From an uncultured Gemmatimonadales bacterium (GTDB lineage Bacteria; Gemmatimonadota; Gemmatimonadetes; Longimicrobiales; RSA9), in contig CAWCRS010000005.1 in assembly GCA_963798085.1 (NCBI GenBank), positions 1 through 64,000 of the forward strand: a stretch of 64,000 nt of DNA, in the 5' to 3' direction. Numbering within the stretch: position 1 is the stretch's first letter; the number at the start of each line of letters is the position of its first letter. Shown piece by piece: positions 9,553-21,295 of this stretch. The position numbers and the translations under genes are program-made. The notes beneath the pieces were generated by a model. The model was not told the origin of the DNA, ran no database searches, and saw only the letters and a program-made list of their open reading frames with translations.

Positions 9553-12500
9553 TCAGTCGCCGGCGGCTTGCGCCTCGCGCGTTGCTCTCACACGCGGCTG
9601 GCCCGTGAGGAACGCCATGAGCCTGGCCGCGGCGCGGTTGAAGATCACGTACGCGCTGGGCACCACGAACAGCGTCAGGAACGTGGCCAGCAGAATGCCG
9701 CCCACGACAGCGATGGCCAGTGGCTGCATCAACTCCGTGCCGCTGCCGATGCCGATCGCGAGTGGCAGCATGCCCAGCATGGTCGTCAGCTTGGTCATGA
9801 GGATCGGGCGCATGCGCACGGAGCCGGCCTCGATCACGGCCTGTTCCATGGGCACACCCTTCTCGCGCAGCTGCTCTGCGAATTCCACGAGCAGAATCGC
9901 ATTCTGCACCACAATGCCCGCGAGCAGGATCACACCCAGGAGAACGGGCGCCGACAGCGCCGTGTGTGTGATGGCGAGGGCCGCGCCCACGCCGATCAGC
10001 GAGAGCGGGATCGTCAGGATGATCACGAACGGATTGATGAAGCTCTCGTACTGCACGGCCAGCACGACGAACACCAGGAAAATGGCCATGCCCACGACAA
10101 TGGCGAGCTGCCGGTTGTTTTCGCGGATGGCTTCTTCCTCACCGCCATAGATCAGCCCGTACCCCTCGGGCATGACCAGGTCCGCAAGGCGATCGCGGAT
10201 GCGGGCGTTGACTTCTCCCACCGATGCCTGGTCATCAATGACATCACCGGTGATGCGCAGGGTCCGGTTCTGATTGACGCGCAGAATGCTCGTCGGCCCC
10301 AACTTCGATTTCACGGTAGCGACATCACGCAGGTAGACGGGGGCGCCATTCGCGCCACCGGGGAACAGCGCGATGGAACCGATGTCCTCGGGGCTGCGGA
10401 AGCGATCGCGCGGAAACATCACGCGCACATCGTACTCGCGGTTGCCTTCGGTGTAGCGTGTCGCAATGGTGCCGTCCATGGCCGTGCGCAGTGTCTGCCC
10501 CACGGCACCGACATTGAGACCGAGCCAGGCGGCGCGCTCACGGTCGAGCGCAATGGTGATGAGCGGGCTGGCATTGTCGGTGGAGGGCTTCACGTTCTGC
10601 AGGCCCGGAACATCGCGGATTCGCTCCATGATTTCGGCGCCCAGGCGACGCAGCTCCGGCAGCTCGTCACCTGTGATCTCGAGTGCGACGTCAGCGCCCG
10701 AGCTCGATGTGCGCAGGCCGGGGATGCGCGGTGGCGACACGTTGATGCGCGCACCGGGGAACCCGCGCTCATCGATCTTCGTCTGCATTCTGGCGAACCC
10801 ACGCATTCGCCGTAATAGTCCGTTGCTCGTGCGGCGCCAGCTTGATGGTGAGCGACCCGCGTCCGCCGGTCTCCGCCGTGGAGCCACCGAACGATTGCCC
10901 GCCCGCCGTGGTGAACACGTTGGTCACGTACGGCATGGCGCGCACCATGGACTCGATCTCCTCCGCGACCGCATTGGTCTGATCCACGGACGAGCCGGGC
11001 GGCAGATTGATGTTGATGCTGACATTGCCATCGTCGACCTGCGGCAGGAATTCGTTGCCCAGGTTGCGCGTCGTGAAGTAGGTCATGACGAGCAGCATGA
11101 TGGCCACGCCCAGCACGGCCCAGCGCCAGCGCAGGGTGCGCCTCGCCGCGCGCATGTAGATGCGCCGCAGCCAGGCAATGCCGCGATCGAATGCGACCAG
11201 CGGTGGACTGTGATCCAGCCGCGTGGTGAAGCGGATCTTGGCCAGCTGCGCCGACAGCATGGGCACGATGGTGAGCGCAATGCCGAGGGACGCCAGGATG
11301 GCGAACGAAATGGTGAGGATCAGTTCGCGGAAGAGCATCGCGGCGAGCCCGCTCACCAGCAGGAACGGCACGACGGCGGCCAGGTTGGTCGTGGTGGATG
11401 CGACCACGGCGCTGGTCACTTCGGCCGATGCGATGTGCGCGGCTTCCTCCGGGTCCTTCTCGTCGCCTTCCTCGCGGTGTCGGAAGATGTTCTCGAGCAT
11501 CACAATGGAATTGTCAATGAGAAGACCGACGCCCAGCGCCAGCCCGCCCAGCGACATGATGTTCAGCGTCAGCCCCGCCATGCCCATCATGGCGAACGTC
11601 GCGAGCATGGCAACGGGAATGCCGATGCCGATGATGAAGGTCTTGCGCAGCGAGCCGAGGAAGATGAGCACCACCAGCATGGCCAGACCGGCGCCGGTGA
11701 TGGCGGCATCACGCACGGAATTCACGGAATTGCGGATGAAATTGGCCTGGTTGTTGATGGTGACGAACTGGATTTCGCGCGGAATGAACCCGGTGGAGCG
11801 CAGGTTGTCGAGGCGGTTCTGCACCTGGTCCGCGACTGTCACGGTGTTAGCCTCGGGCTGCTTGCGCACGGTCACGCGCACGGCCGGCACCCGATCCAGC
11901 CGCGCCCACAGTCGCTGCTGCCGGTGCGTATCGAGAATCGTCGCCACTTCACTGAGCGGAACCCGGCTGCCGCCCGGCAGGTTGAGCAGCATGGCGCGAA
12001 TATCCTGCACACTGCGGAATTTTCCTTCCGTCTTGCCCACCACCTCACGCACCGGCGAGGACACGCGGCCCGCCGCAATGTCCTGGTTGGTGTTGCGCAG
12101 TCCGTCGATGACCTGGGAAACGGTGAGGCCGTAGGAACGCAGCCGCTCCTGATCGAGGATCACTTCGATCTCGCGCTGCAGTCCGCCGGAGATATCGATG
12201 GACGCGACGCCCTCGACGGTGAGCAGCTGCGGGCGCAGGCGAGTGTCCACCCAGTCGCGCAGCTGCACCAGATCGAACGCGTTCGAGGAGAACGCGACGT
12301 CATAAATGGGCGACTGTGCCGGATCGAACTTGACGACGGTGGGCGGATCCGCCTCATCGGGCAGCTGCGAACGGACGCGGTCCAGGTTCTTGGATGCGTC
12401 CTGCAGCGCGAAGTCGATGCGCGTACCGAAACGGAACTGCAGGTTCACGCCGACGCGGCCTTCCTGGATTTCGGTCTCGATGCGCGTCAGGTTCTGCGTC

Positions 12501-12745
12501 GTCGCCAGCGTATTCTCCATGGGCTTGGCGATGGTTTCCTCGAGCACTTCCGGGGCGACGCCGCTGTTGCTGTCACTGGCGCGCAGATTCGGATAGACGA
12601 TCGTGGGCAGGAGGTCGAGCGCGAGGCCCGACAGGAAGAAGATGCCGAGCACCACGACGACCGATGTCAGCATGAGTGTGCCGATCGGCCGTCTGATGGA
12701 GAAACTGGGCAAGCCGTGATGGTGCGGCTGCTTCTTCGGGGTCAT
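9553..12745 (-). CDS. RND efflux transporter permease subunit (AcrB/MdtB-like), one frameshift near 10790
   Basis: SIRRPIGTLM, TLNIMSLGGLALGVGLLIDNSIVMLENI, EFLPQVDDG, AVQYESFINPFVII, RMRPILMT. ORFs 10769-12745 and 9553-10887 join. Confidence 0.95.
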
Positions 12746-13884
12746 TACTTGTCTCCTTCCGGACGAACCGTTTCGCCGCTGCCCGGACCGACCGCTGCAT
12801 TCACAATGCGAACCGACGCGCCATCGCGCAGGTTGTTGTTGCCGGTGATGACGACCACCTCACCGACCTGCACGCCGTCGACGATCTCGACGCGCCCTTC
12901 GGAAATCACGCCGGTGTGTACGACGCGGCGCGCGGCGCGGCCATTGTCCACGACGAAGAGCGCCTGAGCGCCCGTGGGATCGGTGACAATGGCGGATGCA
13001 GGAACGAGTCGAACATTGTCTTTCGCACCCAGCGCGAACGTGATGCGGGCGAGGAAGCCGGGACGCGCGACCGCGGCATCGGCACCGGTGAGTGCCACTT
13101 CCACAGGCAGCAGGCGGCTGGTGGGGTCGGCGCTGGGAAACACGCGCCGGATGCGACCGCTCAGCGGCTGATCGGGAAAGGCATCGAGCACGACATCCGT
13201 GCGATCGCCCGCGCGCAGGCCGCCCACATCGAGTTCGGAAACGCGTACGCGCACCACGAGTGTGGACACATCGGCGATGGTGAACAGCCGCGTCTGCACA
13301 CCCACCGCATCGCCGGCTTCGACGCTCTTCTGCGTCACCACACCGCTCAACGGTGCGCGCACGGTGGCATAGCCAATGCGCGTGCGCAGCTGGTCGCGCT
13401 GAGCCTGGGCGGACGCATAGGCCGCGCGATCGCGTTCATATTCCGCGGCCGTGATGACCTGGCGCTCGCGCAGCGTCTGCGAGCGGTTGAACGTGGCTTC
13501 CGCGACCTGGAAGGCCGCTTCAGCGCTGGCCAGCTGTGCCGCCAGCTCGCGATCATCCAGCGTGGCGAGAATGGCGCCTTCCGTGACGACGCTGCCTTCT
13601 TCCACGTTCACGGTACGCAGTGCCCCAGCCAGCTGGCTGTTCACGGCAATGGTGCGCAGCGGCTCAATGTTGCCGGAAACGGTTACGCTGCGTGCGATGC
13701 GGCCGTTCTCGACGGCCGTGACGGCGACCGGCACGAGTGCGGGCGGACCGCCGGCTCGACCGCGGCCGGCGCCGGAGGACGTCTGACCCTGCGAATCCGC
13801 CTGCCCACAACCGGACGCGAGCGCCGCGAGCAGCAGGAACGCGAGCGGCGATGTCGCTCGCCATGATCCCATTCTCACATCCAC
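12745..13884 (-). CDS. RND efflux periplasmic adaptor (membrane fusion) lipoprotein
   Basis: Lipobox LASGC, VEEGSVVTEGAILATLD, coiled hairpin, ATVRAPLSGVV, PGFLARI. Confidence 0.95.
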   Translation of the reverse strand: MDVRMGSWRATSPLAFLLLAALASGCGQADSQGQTSSGAGRGRAGGPPALVPVAVTAVENGRIARSVTVSGNIEPLRTIAVNSQLAGALRTVNVEEGSVVTEGAILATLDDRELAAQLASAEAAFQVAEATFNRSQTLRERQVITAAEYERDRAAYASAQAQRDQLRTRIGYATVRAPLSGVVTQKSVEAGDAVGVQTRLFTIADVSTLVVRVRVSELDVGGLRAGDRTDVVLDAFPDQPLSGRIRRVFPSADPTSRLLPVEVALTGADAAVARPGFLARITFALGAKDNVRLVPASAIVTDPTGAQALFVVDNGRAARRVVHTGVISEGRVEIVDGVQVGEVVVITGNNNLRDGASVRIVNAAVGPGSGETVRPEGDK

Positions 13885-13917
13885 CTCGTATCGAACGCGC
13901 GGTTAGCGGACCGCGTT

Positions 13918-15231
13918 TCAGTTGTCGCCAAGACGTGCCCCCAGAACCGCCTCCAGCTGCGCGATGCTGACACCGAGCTGCTGTTTGGCGCGCACGAAGC
14001 TGGACTCCGCATCGGCCAGCGACAGCTGTGATGTCTGCAGTTCCACGATTGTGGCCACCCCGATCTGGTAGCGTTCCTCCTGAACGCGCAGGTCCTCGCG
14101 GGCGAGGTCCACACTGCGCCGGGCAATGGTGACCCGCCGGCCCGCGGATTCCACACGCTGTGCCGCATCAATGGCCTGAGCGCGGGCTCCAATGCTTGCG
14201 TCGCGGGCGCGGGTCGCCGCCACGCGCTCCGCCGCAGCCGCGCGCTGCACGCTCGCCTCCCGGCTGAAGCCATTGAACAGCGAGTACGATGCGGTGAGGC
14301 GGACATTCCAGCTGCGCGTCGTGGGCGGGTACGTCGGCGCGAACCAGTCGAAGCCGCCAGTCGCGCGCAGGTTGGGAAGGTAGGTCGTGTAGGAGGAGAG
14401 CTTGCTCGTTCGCGTATCGGCCCAGACGGCGTCCGCGGCCAGGGCCTGGGGTGAACTGCGTGCGGCGCGTGCCGCCAGGCTGTCCGGGGGCGGCAGCACC
14501 GGCGCTTCTTCGGGCAGCGTCGAATCCGTCGGCTCGACCTCCCCGCCCGTGCCGATCTGCTGCCCCAGCGTCAAGCGAGCCGAGCGGAGCGCGGACTGCG
14601 CATCGATGAGGGCCAGCTCGGCGTTGCCTACCTCGATCTCCGCGCGCAGCACATCGGAGCGCGTGGCACTGCCCACTTCGAGTCGGGTCTGAGCGAACGC
14701 GAGCTGCTGCCGTGCGCGCTCGAGGCGCTGGCTGGAGGTACCCACCAGCTCAGCCGAGGCGGCCGCGTCGTAGTACGCCGAAGTGGTAGTCAGCGCCGTC
14801 TGGAAGCGCGCCAGCCGCATTGAGGCGTCGGCGGCGTCCAGGCGGGCCTGCGAGCTGCGGTAGGACATGAATCGTCGCCCCGCAGTGAACAGGTCGTAGC
14901 TGAACTGCGTCTGGGCGGTGTAGCTCGTGGACACGAGACGGCCGGTGGCCTGATCGAACCGCGTATTGCTGGAATTGGCGTAAATGCCGTTGGCTGTGAA
15001 CTGTGGCAGGAACGTTCCGAACGACTCGAGGCGCGATGCCTCGGCCGTCTGCACGGCCGCCTCGGCACTCACGGTGACAGGGTTGTTGAGCCAGGCCAGC
15101 CGGAGCGCCTCATCGAGCGAGATCGTCCGGACGCCGGGCTCCTGGGCACTCGCGCCCAATGCCGCCAGCCAGAAAGCGAAAGCTCCGAGCCGGAACAGAC
15201 CTCGGCCCGGCGCAGCACATGAATTCTTCAT
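13918..15231 (-). CDS. TolC family outer membrane efflux protein
   Basis: ISLDEALRLAWLNNP, two OEP repeats, ERYQIGVATIVEL. Confidence 0.93.
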   Translation of the reverse strand: MKNSCAAPGRGLFRLGAFAFWLAALGASAQEPGVRTISLDEALRLAWLNNPVTVSAEAAVQTAEASRLESFGTFLPQFTANGIYANSSNTRFDQATGRLVSTSYTAQTQFSYDLFTAGRRFMSYRSSQARLDAADASMRLARFQTALTTTSAYYDAAASAELVGTSSQRLERARQQLAFAQTRLEVGSATRSDVLRAEIEVGNAELALIDAQSALRSARLTLGQQIGTGGEVEPTDSTLPEEAPVLPPPDSLAARAARSSPQALAADAVWADTRTSKLSSYTTYLPNLRATGGFDWFAPTYPPTTRSWNVRLTASYSLFNGFSREASVQRAAAAERVAATRARDASIGARAQAIDAAQRVESAGRRVTIARRSVDLAREDLRVQEERYQIGVATIVELQTSQLSLADAESSFVRAKQQLGVSIAQLEAVLGARLGDN

Positions 15232-15389
15232 TCCTGCCCCTGGGGTGAACTCAGGAGAAACTGACGCGCAGCGGGCGCAGAACGTTGAGGAAGCCCGGGT
15301 TGGGTGGGACGGGCAGCAGCGCGCAGGGACAAGACCGGCGTGCGGCGAAAGGGGGTGGGCTACGGGTGGACCCGTCCGCAGGCCTGTTC

Positions 15390-15953
15390 TCAGGCTTCCG
15401 CACCCGCCTGCAGGGCCCGCAGCACGTCCTCGCCGTAGAACATCCGGATGTACTTCGCCTGCACCGGCGTGATGCGGCGGACCGCCCAGACCAGCTGGAC
15501 ATAATTCGGCTCGTGGGGCGGCCGGATGAGGTGCAGCCCGACTTCCAATGGCAGGCGGCTGCCCTTGCGGTTGTTGCAGGGCGAGCAGGCCGTGACCACG
15601 TTGTGCCAGCTGTTATCGCCGCCGCGCGAGAGCGGCACGATGTGATCGCGTGTCAGGAACTCGCGCCCGCGCAGCTCGGTGCGGTGACGATTGCAGTACT
15701 GGCAGCGGTAGGCATCGCGCGCGAACAGGAAGGTGTTAGTCACCTGCCGGCGGAACTTGCGCGGGACGTGCACGAAGCGAACAAGCCGTATCACGGAGGG
15801 ACACGGCATTTCGCGCTTCTCGGAGCGGAAGCTGCGCGACGGGTCGACTTCGAGGATTTCCGCTTTTCGGTCGATTACGAGACGGAGCGCCCGCCGTAGC
15901 GGGAGCATGGTCAGCGGCTCGAAGGAGGCATTAAGTGCCAGACATCCGACCAC
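15390..15953 (-). CDS. HNH endonuclease (McrA-like)
   Basis: LALNASFEPL, PSVIRL, LFARDAYRCQYC, TRDHIVPLSRGGDNSWHNVVTACSPCNNRKG. Confidence 0.92.
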   Translation of the reverse strand: MVGCLALNASFEPLTMLPLRRALRLVIDRKAEILEVDPSRSFRSEKREMPCPSVIRLVRFVHVPRKFRRQVTNTFLFARDAYRCQYCNRHRTELRGREFLTRDHIVPLSRGGDNSWHNVVTACSPCNNRKGSRLPLEVGLHLIRPPHEPNYVQLVWAVRRITPVQAKYIRMFYGEDVLRALQAGAEA

Positions 15954-16091
15954 GGCGAAACGATTCTCCTCTGCTGAGTGCGCCGGCCCTCACCGCCCAC
16001 CCGCGCCGGCAACCGGCACCGGGAACGCTACGCACGCGCTCCCAACAGTTTACGACAAGTGGCGCCGCTCATCAATACAAGCGCGCACCCG

Positions 16092-18332
16092 TCACAGGAG
16101 TGTGACGGGGTCGCGATCGAGCAATAATCGCAGCTCGGCCCGTCCGCTGCGCAGCTCGTAGCGGTACTGCAGCAGCCTGCCGATCCCGCCCAGCGCTCGC
16201 GCCCGGCCGCTGCGCAGCAGGAAGTGCCAGCGCCAGCGTCCGCGGATCTTGTCGATGGGACAGGGTGCCGGCCCGACGATCTGCACTTCGCTCAGACCCT
16301 CGGCCGTCATCGTGTTGCGGACCCAGGCGACGGCATCACGGATTGCGGCGTGGACTGCGTTCTCGTCGACGCCACTGACAATGACGTTGGCGAGCCGTGA
16401 GTGGGGCGGGTACGCGGCCGGCCGGCGCTCCTCGACTTCGCGCTCGGCGAAGCGTGCGTAGTCGTGCGTTATCGCGCACTCGATGGCGTAGTGCTGGGGC
16501 AGTGCCGTCTGCACCAGCACCTCGCCGCCCGCGGGTCCCCGCCCGGCCCGGCCCGCCACCTGCGTGAGCAACTGGAACGTGCGTTCGCTCGCACGGAAAT
16601 CGGGCAGCGACATGCCAATGTCGGCGTTCACCACGCCGACCAGCGTCACGCCCGGGAAATCGAGCCCCTTGGCGATCATCTGCGTGCCCAGGAGAATGTC
16701 GATCTCGCGGCTCTCGACGCGCGCCAGAATCTCGTGGTGCGACCACTTCGCGCTCGTGGTATCCACATCCATCCGCGCGATGCGGGCGCCGGGGAAGCGC
16801 TCCGCAACTTCGCGTTCCACCTGCTCCGTCCCCACGCCGAGGAAAGCGGGGTCTGCGGAACCACACTGTTCGCAGACCGTGGGCGGTGGCTCTTCATGGA
16901 AGCAGTAATGACAGACGAGACGCCGTCGCCCCCGGTGAAAAGTCAGTGTGACGTTGCAGTCTCGGCAGTGCCATACGTGGCCGCAGTCGCGGCACTGCAC
17001 GAAGGTGGCGTAACCGCGGCGATTGAGCAGCAGGATGGTCTGTTCGCCGCGCTGCAGTCGCGTCTCGATGGCCTGGGCCAGATCGGTCGAAAGCGCCCGC
17101 CTGCCTTCATCCGGGCTGCGTCGCGAGCGGCGCAGGTCAATGGTGCGCACGGGAGGCAGCGGCCGGCCACCCACGCGCTCGGGCAGCTCGATCAGCTGCC
17201 ACTTGCCGCGGCGCGCGTTGTGGTAGCTCTCCAGCGCGGGAGTCGCGCTGCCCAGGACACACACCGCGCCCGCCAGTTGCGCGCGCACGACCGCGACTTC
17301 GCGGGCGTGATAGCGCGGCGCATCGCTCTGTTTGTACGAGCCCTCGTGTTCCTCATCCACGATGATCGCGCCAAGACTGCGCACCGGCGCGAAGATGGCC
17401 GAGCGGGCGCCGATCGCGATGCGCCGGCTGCCGCTGTGCAGCGCGCGCCACGCGTCGTAGCGTTCGCCATCGGAAAGCGCCGAGTGCAGTACGGCAATGG
17501 TGTCACCGAAATGTGCGCGGAACCGCGCTACCGTCTGCGGTGTGAGCGAGATCTCGGGCACGAGCACGATCGCGCCGCGACCCTGTGCGCGCACGACCTC
17601 GTGCAACAGCTCGATGTACACCTGCGTCTTGCCCGAGCCGGTCACGCCCAGCAGCAGAAAGGGTGCGACGGCGCTCGCGGCGCGCGCCGCCGCCGTCAGG
17701 CGCTCCACCGCCGCGCGCTGCGCCGGGGTCAGCGTGTGTGCGGGCGGAGCCGCCACCGGCTGGTTGGTGAACGGATCACGCAGCACGGATTCCTCCACCA
17801 GCACGGCGAGACCCTTGTCTACCAGGCCGCGCAGCACGGAGGCGGAGAAGCCGTTGCGCTCCTGAAGGTGCGGCACGGCCGCACTGCCACCCAGCGACTC
17901 CAGGAGCTCGAAACACTCGCGCTGACGCGCCGAGCGGCGGAACGTTGCCGCACGCTCTGTCAGTGTGGGCAGTTCCGTGGTGAGGCGCAGCACGCGTTGT
18001 GTGCGCACCGGCGGCGTGGGCCGTGCGTGATGGCTCAGCAGCGCGGGCAGCGCGACACGCAGCACTACGCCGAGCGGGGCCAGATAGTAGCTGGCCACCC
18101 AGCGACACAGCCCCAGCAGCTCGAGCGTGACGCTGGGTTCTTTTTCGAGCACGCGTTCCACGGCACGCAGGCGCTCGGGCACGCGCTCGCCGGCGGACGG
18201 GCCAACCACCCAGCCTACGAGGCGTCGCCCGCTGAACGGCACCAGCACGCGGGTGCCGGGCGCAATCGCGGCTGCGACTGTGTACGTGAATGTTCGCGGG
18301 ACCGGAACCGGCAGCGCCACCTCCACCAGCAT
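16092..18332 (-). CDS. priA: primosomal protein N' (replication restart helicase)
   Basis: GVTGSGKT, LVPEISLTPQ, DEEHEGSYKQ, LNRRGY with four CxxC zinc ligands, GTQMIAKGLDFP, QVAGRAGR. Confidence 0.98.
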   Translation of the reverse strand: MLVEVALPVPVPRTFTYTVAAAIAPGTRVLVPFSGRRLVGWVVGPSAGERVPERLRAVERVLEKEPSVTLELLGLCRWVASYYLAPLGVVLRVALPALLSHHARPTPPVRTQRVLRLTTELPTLTERAATFRRSARQRECFELLESLGGSAAVPHLQERNGFSASVLRGLVDKGLAVLVEESVLRDPFTNQPVAAPPAHTLTPAQRAAVERLTAAARAASAVAPFLLLGVTGSGKTQVYIELLHEVVRAQGRGAIVLVPEISLTPQTVARFRAHFGDTIAVLHSALSDGERYDAWRALHSGSRRIAIGARSAIFAPVRSLGAIIVDEEHEGSYKQSDAPRYHAREVAVVRAQLAGAVCVLGSATPALESYHNARRGKWQLIELPERVGGRPLPPVRTIDLRRSRRSPDEGRRALSTDLAQAIETRLQRGEQTILLLNRRGYATFVQCRDCGHVWHCRDCNVTLTFHRGRRRLVCHYCFHEEPPPTVCEQCGSADPAFLGVGTEQVEREVAERFPGARIARMDVDTTSAKWSHHEILARVESREIDILLGTQMIAKGLDFPGVTLVGVVNADIGMSLPDFRASERTFQLLTQVAGRAGRGPAGGEVLVQTALPQHYAIECAITHDYARFAEREVEERRPAAYPPHSRLANVIVSGVDENAVHAAIRDAVAWVRNTMTAEGLSEVQIVGPAPCPIDKIRGRWRWHFLLRSGRARALGGIGRLLQYRYELRSGRAELRLLLDRDPVTLL

Positions 18333-18339
18333 GGCGGAC

Positions 18340-19011
18340 TCAGCGGGCAAGGCGCACGAAGTCGTAGGCCGGCCAGGGGCCGGTCACATCCAGGGTGAGA
18401 CGGGCGTCAGCCGCGGCCAGATCTTCGGCGCGCTCGACGAATTCCACCCAGGTACTGCCGGGCACGAGGAACGCGGCGCTCATCAGGCGGTGTTCGCGCG
18501 CAACCAGCGGCATGGCCGCATGGGCTTCCCGCCGCAGCTCCGTGTAGAGCAGGCCGGCGGCCTGCTGCAGCGAGGGCTCCAGGGATGCCGTGCCGCGCAC
18601 GCCTACGTGCACGCGCAGCTCCCAGTAGCCACCAATGATGTTGAGCGCGTCATCCAGCCGCAGGTACTGCTCATCGAACCAGCGCAGCAGCTCACGGCGG
18701 TCCCGGAAGACGACACCACAGGGCATGGGCAGCACCGCCGCCCGGCGCATCACCGACTCGACGACGCCCTGATGCTCCCTTAACAGTGTGTCATCAACGG
18801 CCGGCACGCGGAACGGGAAGACCCGCACCACGGCTTCCAGCTCGCGGTGGCGAATGCTGACCACGCCGGCCGGCTCACGGCGGCGTGCGCCCCGCAGACC
18901 GCTGCGACGGGCAATGGCGAAGAGATAAAGACCTTCCGCCGGAGCGCGTGCGCCGCCGGTGTCGGCCCGCGCTTCCGCGCCCGTATGCGGCGCTTCCGGC
19001 GGCATGGTCAT
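18340..19011 (-). CDS. GvpL/GvpF family protein (orphan)
   Basis: GLYLFAI, EHQGVVESVM, VLPMPCGVVF, ELRVHV, SAAFLV and C-terminal VTGPWPAYDFV, the typical GvpL/F signature. Confidence 0.85.
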   Translation of the reverse strand: MTMPPEAPHTGAEARADTGGARAPAEGLYLFAIARRSGLRGARRREPAGVVSIRHRELEAVVRVFPFRVPAVDDTLLREHQGVVESVMRRAAVLPMPCGVVFRDRRELLRWFDEQYLRLDDALNIIGGYWELRVHVGVRGTASLEPSLQQAAGLLYTELRREAHAAMPLVAREHRLMSAAFLVPGSTWVEFVERAEDLAAADARLTLDVTGPWPAYDFVRLAR

Positions 19012-20211
19012 ACGTCCGGGAAGGTAGCCATCGCGGACTGGATTCCGCCGGGCGTCACTTCCGGGCCGGACTCGCTCATGTACACGTTGATCTCCGTGCG
19101 CACACCGATCTCGCCGGCAATGTAGATACCGGGTTCGATGGAGAAGCCCACACCGGGCAGCAGCACGCGCGTCTCGTGCGTCTCCAGATTGTCGATATTG
19201 GGGCCCATGCCGTGTGTCGCCGTGTCGATGGAATGGCCGGTGCGGTGGATGAAGTAGTCCGCGTAGCCGGCATCGCGGATGACGGCCCGGGTCACGTCGT
19301 CTACCTCGTATCCCTGTATCGCGCGACCAGCGGACCACGACTTCTGCAGAAACGCGATGGCAGCGTCGCGTGCGCGGCAGATGATGCCGAACAACTCGGC
19401 GGCGCGGGCCGGAACCTGTCCGCCCAGGCACGCCATCCATGTCTGGTCCGCGAACGCCGACTGCTCGGTCTCCTTCGCCCAGAGGTCTAACAGCACCACA
19501 TCACCTGCGCGGAACGTGGCACCGCCGTTCTCCGCCTCATAGTGCGGATTGGAAGCATTCCGGGCCGTAGCCGCAATGCAGTCGGCACCGGCGCCCGCGC
19601 CGTGCGCCACCAGCTGCGCGATGACGTGCTCACGCATGCGGCTCTCCGTGATGCCCTGCCCCACGTGAGTCGCGAGCCATGCGAACGCGTCGTTGGCCAC
19701 TTCACGGAGCACCTGTGCGGAGCGGCGGTGCGCCGCGAGCTGCGCATCGCTCCAGCGCGAATAGAAGCGCGTGATCAGGTCGCCGGAAGAAACCGGTTCG
19801 CCGCCGGCGGCGCGCACGATCTCGGCCACACCTGCCGGCACGAGATCACACACGGGCACGGCGTCGCGCGCCGACAGCTCCATGGCAATGCGCGTACGGC
19901 CGGCCAGCAGGGACGCCAGCGCGGCGTCGAGCGAGCGCCAGCTCACATAACTGGTCTGTTCCCACGGCCATGCCCGCCAGGGACCCTGCTCGAATGCCGT
20001 GGGTCAGCGCGAACGGCGTACCCTGTGCCGGGATGAGGACGAAGTAGCGTCGGCTCATCTCGCCGAGTCCGAGCAGGGAGGAGGCGACGATGTTCCGCCC
20101 GCGCAGATCGTACAGCAGCCAGCCGTCGAGCCGCAGCTCGCGCAGGGCGGCCTGGATTTCGTCGAGTTGTGCGCGCACGCGGCGGAAATCGGAAGCCGGA
20201 GCGATGCTCAT
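19008..20211 (-). CDS. M24 family Xaa-Pro aminopeptidase-like metallopeptidase (frameshift near 19990)
   Basis: LDGWLLYDLRGRN, SNPHYE, VLLDLWAK, ADQTW, FIHRTGHSI, FSIEPGIY, GVRTEIN. Confidence 0.92.
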
Positions 20212-20317
20212 GAGCGCTGTTCCTTCGATCGCGGGTCGTGGGTGATGCGTGTTCGCCGCCTGCAGCGCAGGCGGCGCGTCGTGATGCGTCGAATGTAGAC
20301 CGGCGCGCGAAACGCGG

Positions 20318-21291
<974 letters not shown>

Positions 21292-21295
<4 letters not shown>

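Noticed and set aside
15390..15953. HNH nuclease as a defence or mobile element
   Set aside because: It is a stand-alone member of a widespread chromosomal HNH family, with no adjacent methylase, intron, repeats or phage genes.
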